Origin: Mizuhopecten yessoensis
Taxonomy: Eukaryota
Assembly (NCBI RefSeq): GCF_002113885.1
Contig: NW_018407357.1
Span: 792,591-856,590, forward strand
Reading direction: 5' to 3'
Length of the DNA stretch: 64,000 nucleotides
Shown: piece by piece, positions 40,684-52,154 of the stretch
Numbering within the stretch: the stretch's first letter is position 1
How the letters are laid out: every line of letters begins with the position of its first letter
Program-made: the position numbers and the translations under genes
The notes under the pieces: generated by a model
Told to the model about the DNA's origin: nothing
Database searches by the model: none
Seen by the model: the letters and a program-made list of their open reading frames with translations, nothing else

Positions 40684-43600
40684 CTACATAAATTGTTTAA
40701 CCGTTTCACCACTGCAGATCATAATGTATTCATTCACATCAAACTTCTTGAAACGTACATGTATATATTCAGTAATTGGTTGAACAGCAAAACATGTGAG
40801 CGAATCAATGATCCATTCCCTGCAAACAGCATTGATACTGTATTCTTCATAGACCTCTGAAAAAGTAATGGCAAAAGTAAAAAATGAGCATTGAAAATTG
40901 TAATAACAGTTAAAAACTAATTTATTTTGTAAGTTTTTGATAAAATTTAAATGTTGGTATAATTATTCAAATTGAATTTCTTCAGTGTTGAAAATGGACA
41001 AAATATATTGTTAAGTTTCATAATCTTTTACAAGTCAATACTATAGCATAATTTGATCCCTCCCAATGGAATTGGTTAGTTTCTGAAAATTGTCAAATTA
41101 AAATCTATAAGCATAGCAAAATACAATAAATACAATCTCTTACTTTTCACTGCATTTCTTTCTCCTGGAGATAAAACATTCATTTCTTCACCCTCATGGC
41201 TATAGCATGTGACAATCACAGAATCATGACACACATCTGATGCACCAATGACTGTACCTCCACAAGCCATAATCAACTTTGTTATGTCATCTGAAATATC
41301 AATGAACAGCATGAGTACCATTACTCCATTAGTACTTTTTACTAATTTTCATATACCTAATATTGTTTAAATAGAATTCCATGGAAGTGGATGTGTCGCC
41401 TGCAAAGCAAGCTGGGAGATTATGAAGAAAATGATAAAATTCTCATCATAGTGATAACTATATGTCACCTTTTGCAGGCGACACAAAAATGAGTCACACA
41501 ATGTTATATATCCAAGCATTTTCATAATTTATTTTAGATTTTTCCAGGTACTGTATTGAAAGAAGTTCGAACCAAGGCAACTATATTATCAGAAATTGGA
41601 AGACAAATCAGATCTATACGTGTGAATTATTTGATGAAATTAGTAATAGACTTCCAGGTCATCCTAAAATATATAAAGTTTGTCAAATTAATGTCGGTGG
41701 CATTCTGATCTCTTCAACAGCATTTATGGTCAGGTTGTAAATGAAAAATGTTATCTAAAAGTGGAGGACCTAAAAACTAGTACAAATCATAGTCGTTTTA
41801 TCACACTACATACTGTTAAATGTACTCAAAGATTATAATATGAATACTGAGACTAATTCATTTTTACTAATATCTTTATCCTTACCTTTTGTTAGATCTT
41901 CAGCCTGTCCAATGAGGTGGATATTGAAACCTTTTAGTAGCAGACTAGACTTTGTCCGTGATAGATAGGGCCCATTATGCATCTCAATGGTGCCAGTATC
42001 ACCAATAACCTCGTAGTTTTTCTGCCAAGAAAAATAGCTAGGTTAAAAACAAAATGAAACCACTACTTTAATGCTTAATTCCATTCTGACAAATGCTATT
42101 GTGATAAAAAGTATTTTTCTTGGAATTTTCAATCTTCATGTACATATTTATTTATAACCTCTTAGGCTAAACCACAAAAGATAACAAGTTCATTTCATTC
42201 ATGAATCTGTAGCAAGCAAGTGATGGCTTTCATATATATAGGCAACAGAGAAATGTGTAGCATTAATGAGTTATCTTACCTCTGATTGGCGAATTCCTTT
42301 ACTTCCTGAATCTCTTATCCATTGGAGATTTACAATAAAAACATGGTGTGCAATTGCTTGTAAAAATTTCAGACTTCTGTCACACATTCTGCATTCTTCA
42401 GGTTCTACAATTCAAGGGTGAATTGACAGTTTAATATCATCATGTTAAACACGCATTTTAAAAAAAAATTCTCTCACAAATTTAGTTAGTTATGCAGATT
42501 AAAACTGAATTGACTATTCAATGGTGTAATGATCCAACATAATTAGAATTTTAATATTGCTCTGAAGTTTCTAGATTTAAATCAAGTATTCAACTTATTG
42601 ACAAAATGTCATTTATCCATTTCATACCTGTTTTTATGACAAGATGGGTGATTTTTGGGTGAAAGGAATGAGAAAATCCCCAACCGAACGTTCGGCACAC
42701 ATTTTTGACATCTTCCTGCAGTTATGACAAAAACACCTATATCAGTAGACAGCACAATGTATGCATATATCAATATACTACCACAGCTTTCTGATCACGT
42801 TGAAAAAAAATACTCTCAAGAATGTCGCTATTTTTTATTTAAAAAAGTGCAAAAGACAAAAATCAAGGCATTACACAAAAAACAGATGCTTATCAGACTT
42901 CATACTTGAAACAAAAACTAATGTACATGTACATGTAATACAATATTATCATGTCAACATGTTCACATGAACCATATATCAGGTTGACAAAATTAGCTTT
43001 ATTAATAGAAATTCACTTAAAAAAATCATAATCACTCAATATTATAACCTCCAAACATAATGGCAGAAAGGTCTTGCCTTATTTCTTTGTTTTTGCTTGC
43101 TACAAAGGCTATATTTACTTGATTTTATCACAAGCTTGTTCAAACCTGTTGTGATTGGTTCAGTCCAGAAGTCAAAATTATGGTAGGGGACTGGACCTCA
43201 GTGCCTGTGGTAGGCAACTGGTCCTCAGTGCCAATGGGAGGGGACTTGTCCTCGGTGCCTGTTGGAGGAGACTGGTCCTCATGATCAGTGCCTGTTGGAG
43301 GAGACTGGTCCTCAGTGCCTGTTGGAGGAGACTGGTCCTCATTGCCAATGGGAGGGGACTGGTCCCCAGTGCCTGTTGGAGGAGACTGGTCCTCAGTGCC
43401 TGTTGGAGGAGACTGGTCCTCATTGCCTGTTGGAGGAGACTGGTCCCCAGTGCCTGTTGGAGGAAACTGGTCCTCATTGCCAATGGGAGGGGACTGGTCC
43501 CCAGTGCCTGTTGGATGAGACTGGTCCTCAGTGCCTGTGGTAGGAAACTGGTCCTCAGTGCCTGTTTGAGGGGACTGGTCCTCAGTGCCTGTGGTAGGAG

Positions 43601-44216
43601 ACTGGTCCTCAGTGCCTGTTGGATGAGACTGGTCCTCAATGCCTGTTGGAGGGGACTGGTCCTCAGTGCCTGTTGGATGAGACTGGTCCTCAATGCCTGT
43701 TGGAGGGGACTGGTCCTCATTGCCAATGGGAGGGGACTGATCCTTGGCGAAAGGATGGTGAGACTGACATTCTGTGGATAGTCAATAAATAGTTTATTAT
43801 TATTACATTCTTAACGGCCCGTCAATACATAAAAGGTCATTAGGACCATCAAATAGGGTACAACAAAAAGACTTAAAAGGAAATCACATCAAATAACTAA
43901 AGACTAACAAAACACTTTTTCCATGTAATCCAGAATTTTGTGTATTTAAGTTTCAAAAAGAACTTGTCACATTACGATAAAAATGTTCTCAAATAGACAG
44001 GAAGTCGATGAAGTCCAACTCTTAGCTGGAATATTTATTGTATGGAATAAAGATGACTCCTGCTCTCAGTTCAAAGTTTTCAAATGTACTTTGAATAAAA
44101 TGGTTCTTGGACTTTGGCAGTTCAGTAAACAAGACCACTGAAGTTAAATGTACCTTTGAAACAGGATAGGTCCTCCTCAAACAAGGACTTCAAATGTTTT
44201 CTCTTCTCAAGATATT
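40684..44216 (-). CDS. Spliced BRCA1-like tandem BRCT protein region (separate gene or N-terminal part of the YR protein)
   Basis: Phase-consistent exons 44216-44154, 43771-43146, 42715-42628, 42404-42280, 42021-41886, 41290-41144, 40856-(40684 stop or earlier donor). Translation: IILTSGLNQSQQ|EDVKNVCRTFGWGFSHSFHPKITHLVIKT|EPEECRMCDRSLKFLQAIAHHVFIVNLQWIRDS..SE|KNYEVIGDTGTIEMHNGPYLSR..LLKGFNIHLIG..LTK|DDITKLIMACGGTVI...AVCREWIIDSLTCFAVQPITEY. Confidence 0.85.
43185..43745 (-). repeat. 27-bp coding tandem repeat (EDQSPPTGT)x~20 inside exon 43771-43146
   Basis: Splice-phase-defined frame is open; the one indel (6 nt at ~43281) preserves frame. Confidence 0.85.
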
Positions 44217-46966
44217 CTGGAAGTGAAAATTGATTGATTTAGCATTTATTTCTTTAGTGAATAGAACTAGTTTGAAATGGGGCTTGTTAGTCCAATAAAC
44301 TAGGGTTTCACAATAGTATTTCATACCCAGTGTAGGATTAGAATAATTGCCCACTGTCTTTGTACTAATTGGGCTATTAATAAGGGAAAATCCTGTTGGT
44401 TGAAATTAAAGGGACATCACGTGAAAAGGCATTTTTTTTAATGAATGTATGTATTGTATGCACTTCCACTTATGTTACCTCGCTATCCCCATATTCATAG
44501 TCTGTTCCAAATGTCCAGTTTGACCACTTGAGTTGTTCGGGAAAGCCCTGCTAAAAATAGCGCCGATAACGTCACCTGACTAGGCAGTAAACACAAGTGG
44601 TGCGAGCGAGATGAAACAGTTTCCAAAGGGGCCCCCAGAGAGGGGCTGTCAGGACTTAGATAATCCATGGACTTAGATAATACGCTGTGGGCTATAACAA
44701 CTTCTTACCGCACTATGAAACCAAGTTATATGATTTCTAAGTCTGTATTCAAACTTATTGAACAGTAATTATTCATCATTAGAAGTTAATTGCACACTTG
44801 CCAATATTCAGAATTTAAATTTATTTAGCTTTAAACATAAATTTGTTGCCAATAAAATTAAACAAGGGATGGGGCACAAGTTTTTACAATTTATCACAGC
44901 CTTCTCCCGTCATACATTTACAATTAAATGTNNNNNNNNNNNNNNNNNNNNNNNNNNNNNNNNNNNNNNNNNNNNNNNNNNNNNNNNNNNNNNNNNNNNN
45001 NNNNNNNNNNNNNNNNNNNNNNNNNNNNNNNNNNNNNNNNNNNNNNNNNNNNNNNNNNNNNNNNNNNNNNNNNNNNNNNNNNNNNNNNNNNNNNNNNNNN
45101 NNNNNNNNNNNNNNNNNNNNNNNNNNNNNNNNNNNNNNNNNNNNNNNNNNNNNNNNNNNNNNNNNNNNNNNNNNNNNNNNNNNNNNNNNNNNNNNNNNNN
45201 NNNNNNNNNNNNNNNNNNNNNNNNNNNNNNNNNNNNNNNNNNNNNNNNNNNNNNNNNNNNNNNNNNNNNNNNNNNNNNNNNNNNNNNNNNNNNNNNNNNN
45301 NNNNNNNNNNNNNNNNNNNNNNNNNNNNNNNNNNNNNNNNNNNNNNNNNNNNNNNNNNNNNNNNNNNNNNNNNNNNNNNNNNNNNNNNNNNNNNNNNNNN
45401 NNNNNNNNNNNNNNNNNNNNNNNNNNNNNNNNNNNNNNNNNNNNNNNNNNNNNNNNNNNNNNNNNNNNNNNNNNNNNNNNNNNNNNNNNNNNNNNNNNNN
45501 NNNNNNNNNNNNNNNNNNNNNNNNNNNNNNNNNNNNNNNNNNNNNNNNNNNNNNNNNNNNNNNNNNNNNNNNNNNNNNNNNNNNNNNNNNNNNNNNNNNN
45601 NNNNNNNNNNNNNNNNNNNNNNNNNNNNNNNNNNNNNNNNNNNNNNNNNNNNNNNNNNNNNNNNNNNNNNNNNNNNNNNNNNNNNNNNNNNNNNNNNNNN
45701 NNNNNNNNNNNNNNNNNNNNNNNNNNNNNNNNNNNNNNNNNNNNNNNNNATTACATTTTTTCCAAATCAAATTCATCACTGCCAATTAATCTACTCTTGT
45801 ACTGAATTAACACAGCTAGGGCATTCAATTAAATCCTTGAGAGTATAGTTTTGACTCTTCACAAAAATGACATTTGATTCCTGCGTCTGAAGGGAAATGT
45901 TGATTTAACATACATTTGGATCCTGTATTACCCATGAAATTACAAAATCTTAAGGGTCAAATGCATGCACAGTAACACTAGAACAAAAAACACGGTAAAA
46001 CAGAAAACTATTTAAATCAAACAATGAACAAAACATTGAAAACAATTCATTAAAGCCTCTCTATGTTTTTGTAACATAAAACTTATGACAAAATTACCAA
46101 TATATGATAAATGATAGAATAATAACCCTAATGACGATATGATATGAGAATAAATATCATAGTTTTCCATAATTGCAATTAAGACTGGGAAACTCCACTC
46201 TGATAACAGGAATCCACATTTGCAGTGCACAGCTAGCTCTATATGTAAATTACCCGTAGAAACTATGTCAAACATTCATGTGCAGATGGGTTTGATTTGA
46301 AGAATGACGGACTTGCGATCAAAGCCACAACTCAGACGAACAAAATTGGACGTCCTTACTGATGCTGCGAAGGCAAAGAAAACAGAATGGACACAAGCAC
46401 AGCATTATCTGCGAATTACATAATCGATGTGGGTCCATTGGACAAAATTAAAGGAAGAAGTTAATGTGAAAAGCCACGATGAATTGGCGGCGACACTTCT
46501 GGACATTTGTAAACAAACACCATGTGCAGTTCGCTATTTACTTTCAACTTTCTCTCGTAATAGCGTACGTTTTGTAAACTTTTTAATGAAGCGCACAATT
46601 TTGTTTAAGCAATAAGTTTATTATTTTATAATAAACCTTTGTGTCCTGTACTTTACATTGTACAATAACGAATAACTCACCGCCTGCTCAAAACTTCTCT
46701 CCCTGTCATCTATGTCTTTCTGTTTACCATCACGGGATGTAAAATCGGCGAGCACATATTACGTATTTTTAGATACACAAATTGACCAGGTCTATTTTTA
46801 GATATTTCTTACATATTTTACTTATTGATAACTACGTAACAGTTCAGGTTTGAGGGAAATTAAAATATGAAAACTCCATTGAGGATGATGAAGTTTTGTT
46901 TGAAAAAGTTTTATTTGTACATGCATAAATAAAAACATAGAGAGGCTTTAACAAAATTATATATAC

Positions 46967-47435
46967 TTAGGCCTATGTGTTCCCAATCGTGGTCCTTGAG
47001 CTCCACGTCAGTTATTTTAATGGTGTATCTAGAGTTTCAATATACATAACATAAAACTTCAACATATCAGGATAGGCTCACCCACAAAGATCTGACCTCA
47101 ATGGGGAGCCATGGAAGTAAGTTTAATTAAGCAATGAAAATATTGTAATTCATATGGCACTCCAGTTTTTCCTATGCTTGAACAAAATCAATTCACCAGA
47201 AAAAAAGATGAAATCTAATTAGTTATTCCCTTTAAAAGTTAATATATCAAGCAAATAAAAGGTTTAAAATGAAACTTTATGTTTTAATAAATACTTACGT
47301 TGTATCATCAGATTGAGAGTACACATTCACCATATCATCTTCGTACCCCATAAATTCCACTGGCCACCTAATATTATTTGGTAACCCTTTGAGTTTCACC
47401 CACACATACGTCCGCTTAGTGTTTGCGGCTGCCAT
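46967..47435 (-). CDS. Putative first coding exons with PWWP-like motif
   Basis: Exon 47435-47299: MAAANTKRTYVWVKLKGLPNNIRWPVEFMGYEDDMVNVYSQSDDT followed by gtaagt. Phase-compatible exon 47028-46967: TYTIKITDVELKDHDWEHIGL. Resembles the PWWP pattern VWAKLKGYPWWP. Link to downstream exons is unresolved (gap). Confidence 0.55.
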
Positions 47436-47617
47436 GATTGCACTCTGCAATGTCAAAGGTACTGAGATAAGTGAGAGAAGTACAAAGGTGACTTATATAT
47501 CCTTATTGCCCACCATTTGCATAATTACATTCAAACCTTGTTTCAAACCTTTCTTAATTAACCTCAATTTTGGTCAAACATGCAATAACTGAAGATTCAT
47601 TAATGATCTTAAAATTT

Positions 47618-48010
47618 TATATCAGAAAATCTGGCAGAAATCACGACCAAAAGTAATGAGACTAATTTGTCCATAATTATGTGGTACTATCGAAGGTCCT
47701 TTCATGGTTATCAAATTGGTCTATATCAGAAAATCTGGCAGAAATCACGACCAAAAATAATGTGACTAAATTGTCCATAATTATGTGGTACTATCGAAGG
47801 TCCTTTCATGGTCATCATTTTGTACTATATCAGAAAATCTGGCAGAAATCACGACCAACAATAATGTGACTAATTTGTCCATAATTATGTGACACTATTG
47901 AAAGTCCTTTCACGATGAATAAATTGAATACAGTACCGGGTACAATTGTACTCGAAAATCTGGCAGAAATCCGACCAAAAATAATGTGACTTATTTGTCT
48001 ATAATTATAC
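47618..48010. repeat. ~105-bp tandem repeat, ~4 copies, containing taatgtgac/ttatgtg motifs
   Basis: gaaaatctggcagaaatc.cgaccaa recurs at ~47625, 47729, 47833, 47954. Confidence 0.85.
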
Positions 48011-48950
48011 CACTGAATGGTTTTTTCAGTCACTTGAGTCATGAAATATATGGCATATCATAACATTGTATCAGAAATTAAGAGAGAAATTAAAGCAAAA
48101 AGATAATAAGACTATGTATACTATGTCCATTATTATAATAGGCGACTACATTGAAAAGTCTGTCATGGTCCCAAATTTTTTTTCTTCGCATTTTGCGATA
48201 TGGCGACTGTTGAACCCTGTTTTTCAAAAAATCAGGCCAAAAATAATGTACACAACTGATATTAATATATATATATAATCACATAACTAATGTGACATTT
48301 TTGAAGGTTATACTGGAAAAAAATCAGAAAACTGGACAAATTATAGTAAAAAGTAATGACTTTTACCAATAATCATGTCCATAATATACACATGTACAAT
48401 TCATAATATTTGCCACTACTATCATTAAATAATAGCACATATGATGATCAGAAAGCCTCTCCCCCCAAGCTAATAACTATTGACAATTTCACAAATTTTG
48501 AACATTATTATATATAGAAAGAAGCAGTGTTTTTGCTACCTTGAATTTACAGCAACCTATGCCTTATTGAATTAGGGCAAACAAAATCACTGATAAGAGA
48601 CTTTATGCATTTCCTTTACAATGATAGTTTGAAGTTTAAATTCATTTAGACATCTTTCATTGATGTATCTTAATTATACTAGAATGTCTTGAAGCAACTG
48701 GAAAATAGATTATATAAGAAGTTATGTAGGGACAGGGGAATTACCATGCTATAATTAGGTGCAACATAAGTTCATACCTCCAACTCACTTCTTCGGACAA
48801 TTTCGGCTACAAATCAGCTGCTTTTTGTATAAATATGCACACCAGTCACAACATATACATGTATACTAGTGTGCTTGGAGTTGATATATTATATAAAGTC
48901 TCAAATATACAAAAAATAAAAGATTTTTCATGAATCGAATCGATACTCAC

Positions 48951-49225
48951 CTTTAAAATAGATAGGAAGGACATCATATATTTATTCAATTTCTCCATCA
49001 ATGATATTAATAACTTTATATTTGAATCCAAGATTTGTTGAGTAAGTCGAAAATCCAAGGATGGCATTGGAATCAAAGAAATACACACATTTTTTGACAT
49101 AGTCTTCGATGCAATCAAGTCTTTTAAAATAGCAGTAGTTTAGTGCACTGACCAATTCTGAAAGTTTTTGAAACTCGCAATATCCTATACATTGTGTTGG
49201 TAGATTCTGTTCCGCCATAACGAAT
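48951..49225 (-). pseudogene. Exon-like segment of unknown product with an in-frame stop
   Basis: tttatag acceptor, ATG at 49218, 78 codons, TAA, then aag|gtgagt donor at 48951. Confidence 0.3.
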
Positions 49226-50335
49226 CTATAAAATTGGTAACAATGAGACTAATAAAGGAAGAACATTTGTTTTCGCCTGTAAACCTCTGAAATTAAACCT
49301 AAATGAACAATTTGTGGAAGTAAGTTGTAAGCCTTGTCTGAGAATCCTTGTGCGATCACAATGCAGAGGTGTAAACCTTTTTTAGGACTCTAGCCAAAAG
49401 GCCCTAGTTATTCACTAGCCCTATATTAATTAAATTCTGCAAGCACAAAATTTATTGAAAGTATCAATTCAGCTCACACTGATTGATTGATTGTATTGCT
49501 AAACGTCCCATTGAAAATTACTGATTTACGGCCAACAGCTCAGATACCACAGTATATTACTGTAAGTCAATCACAAATGGACAAATCGATGAAATGCTTT
49601 TACTTTAAAATTACAACTTTATTTAAAATTTAATGATGAATTGCAAGTTTAAATTAATGTCTTTAAATTTCATAAATCTTAAAAAAGAACATATTTTTCA
49701 CTGCTCCTTACAATCAGTCCGTATATTTTTTTCATTATTAGAAAGCCGCCTTAGTATAGAAAGCATAAAAAAAACATGGCGGACAAGCTGGACAGATTGA
49801 TGCAAATTTTTGGGATTATCTGCACTTTAATTTCTGTACCCCATATGCTTATGTCAAATGAAAGAGAATGATTTCAAATACGTAGGGCCATTTTTGGGTC
49901 AGTATTGACTTTCAATGTTATTTATGCTGCGAAAAGTCTATCGTCGGTTCCAGCGTGAATCCATGTGTTTTGTTAGATATTGCCGTAATTTATCTATAGG
50001 TTTAAGATGTTAATTGGTCAATATATTGATGATAAGATTGATTAAAAGAATCTAGGAGTTATATTATCATAACAGTGATGTCATGAACGCTAAGCTCTCA
50101 AACAGTATCCAAACGAAAAACCAAAAGGCCTATCATTTTCGAAGTCCGAAAAGTTTCTGATGACGGCCCTCTGATGAAATCACTTCGTTCGCCTTTTGGC
50201 GATTTGATGTAAATCTTGATCACCGTCAACATCGCGAAGGTGCTTAATATAATCACATTATTTAAGGTATCTTTCGTCACATAATTAAAGGTTCAATCGG
50301 GTGTTACTTCATAAAAAAAATACAGCTAAACTTAC

Positions 50336-50400
50336 CTTTGCATCTCATCTGCCGCCCGCCTGAAACTTGTGCGCAGGTTCCGGAAGTGCTATATAAAATC
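50336..50400 (-). promoter_or_regulatory. Candidate inward-facing promoter and leader exon near the right TIR
   Basis: TATA-like tract (50391-50398), ETS-like ccggaagt, short GC-rich stretch, then consensus donor aag|gtaagt at 50336. Confidence 0.4.
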
Positions 50401-50684
50401 CGCGTCAAGAGAACCCTTGACACAAGAGGCGGCTAACCAAATACGGGAGTACGGTAAATGGAACAAGGGAGATAACCCCTACAATATGCGATACGGACGT
50501 CTAAAATATGGGGAAAAAATGTCTGTAAAATTATGTGACGGATCTCTGATTTTTGTGTGTGTCACATAACAACCATTTCTACGCACTTTAACACTAATAT
50601 CCTATGTGACTGTCACACAATTCTGAAAGGTCACATAACTGTGATATGGGCACAAATTCGGTCACATTACTACTATTTCGTGTG

Positions 50685-50720
50685 AACATCTGAACTTGCC
50701 GCCATCTTGCCGGGTATCCC
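50685..50720 (-). mobile_element. Probable detached 5' tip of the LINE
   Basis: Minus strand reads ggcaagatggcggc (YY1-type motif common at LINE 5' ends), immediately outside the right TIR and co-oriented with the LINE. Confidence 0.5.
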
Positions 50721-51004
50721 ATTTATATTTAACAGACATGTTATGTACTATTTTCATTTTTGTTATGATATGTTTAACAGATTTGTCAAATATTTTACAG
50801 ATCTTTAAAAGGATAGTTTACGTTATGTTTCATCATATTTTATAGCTGTGGTTATCATAAAATATTTTACAGACATTTAATGCAATTTTTCACAGGAATG
50901 TTACATGCTATTTTACATTCATATTCCGTTATATTTAATAAGTATGTTATATAATACACCACAGGTTATGATTGATCCTGCGGTTAACATACATGAACAT
51001 TAAT

Positions 51005-51180
51005 GTTTTAAAACAATAAGAAACACGTTTTTTTCCAAACCTATATTAATCACTCTTGTGAGCCTGGAAGCGCGCAGGGGGTCTTAATGTGGGAGGAAAC
51101 CGAACGAGCAGGTGACCAAAGACCCGGCCCTCTTGGTAAAATGTGAATGCGCTATCAACTGCGCCAGCCAACCATCCGAT
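51005..51180 (-). mobile_element. Diverged, internally deleted copy of the same tRNA-derived SINE
   Basis: tatattaatcactcttgt, gggggtcttaatgtgggaggaaacc, and reverse A-box actgcgcca. Confidence 0.75.
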
Positions 51181-52154
51181 TCTGATTCTCCTTTCCTCGT
51201 TACTGAAGATGTATCATTTGTGACTGTAATTTATAGGGTTATAGGTAAAAAAATATCACAACATTCATGCCATTTCTAGCCACCAAGTTGACGGTGAGTA
51301 AGCTGTGTCTTCCAAATGTAGATCACAACGTATACTATGAGATAACCTGAGGAAATTTGACAATAATGTCAATTTAAGTAATTCATATTGTAAAATGATA
51401 ATAAGTCTACTATATTCATAATGCAACAATGATAGCTATTGTTCGAAAATTCTTTCACTTCTGCGAACAGCACATTTCCTACTGAGGAAAAATGACTAAA
51501 AACACAATGTCTGTTTCTTGCAATATTATTTTGAGTTCAAACAAAATTCTTCGGTTTGGTATAAAGCTGTCAATCTGATTGACAATAAACTTAAACATTC
51601 TAGGTTAAATTAATTATGTGTGATTTAAAACAGCAACATTTCCCCCCTTGGTTTATTAGATCAGATACCATGTAAAATTGTAACGGTCTTAATTTTAGCA
51701 AGTATCTTACAGCTAAGATTGGCTAAGCATTCGAAGGGAGATTACTCATACTAAGGAACACCAGCCTATTATGTAGAGAGATTTGCAGCTAGTTTGCAAA
51801 TGATTTCAAAGTAATCGAGCGGTTTTGGTTGGGAGCCATGCCGAACAAGTCGTTTTCAAAATGAAGAAGTTCGAACATACGATACATTTTAAGATTTTTT
51901 TGTAAAACAGACAAACTTGTTTTGAAAAATATCTTCATTTAGAACTTGCACGGCGACTTTAGAAAATACTAAATTACGTTCTGTGTGGTGTTTCTTGTAT
52001 GACGTGCTTCTATACACTACAGTTTCATATTCCGAAATAAAGTTACTCCTTCGGTTGCGATTACCGAAAATATACTTAGGTTCCAATATACTTTTTCTTT
52101 CTATATGACTTAGTAATTATGGAATGAAAGGGTGGAATGATGTCGTTTTGGCAG

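Larger units (their letters stand above)
30116..50682 (-). mobile_element. ~20.6-kb TIR-bounded element encoding a tyrosine recombinase and a PWWP-like/BRCT module
   Basis: Left end CACGAAATGATAGTTATGTGAC (30116-30137); right end reverse complement CACGAAATAGTAGTAATGTGAC (50661-50682), 19/22 identical. TGTGAC motifs cluster at both ends, and LINE-like sequence lies on both flanks. Continuity across two N-gaps is assumed. Confidence 0.72.

Noticed and set aside
43155-43781. Track ORFs over the 27-bp repeat
   Set aside because: Wrong frame or strand; splice phases define the EDQSPPTGT frame on the minus strand.
40684-44216. Calling the BRCT gene BRCA1
   Set aside because: No RING or large central exon visible; it lies inside a putative transposon; orthology untested.
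44758-45848. ORFs of 291-343 aa (also 39818-40372)
   Set aside because: Artefacts of translating N-gaps.
44406-47235. Single Kolobok element between TTAA|AGGGA and TCCCT|TTAA
   Set aside because: Only ~5 bp of inverted match, spans a gap, and would enclose a plausible cargo exon.
50150-50200. Hammerhead ribozyme (two CTGATGA motifs)
   Set aside because: No pairable stem II before GAAA and no convincing stems I/III.
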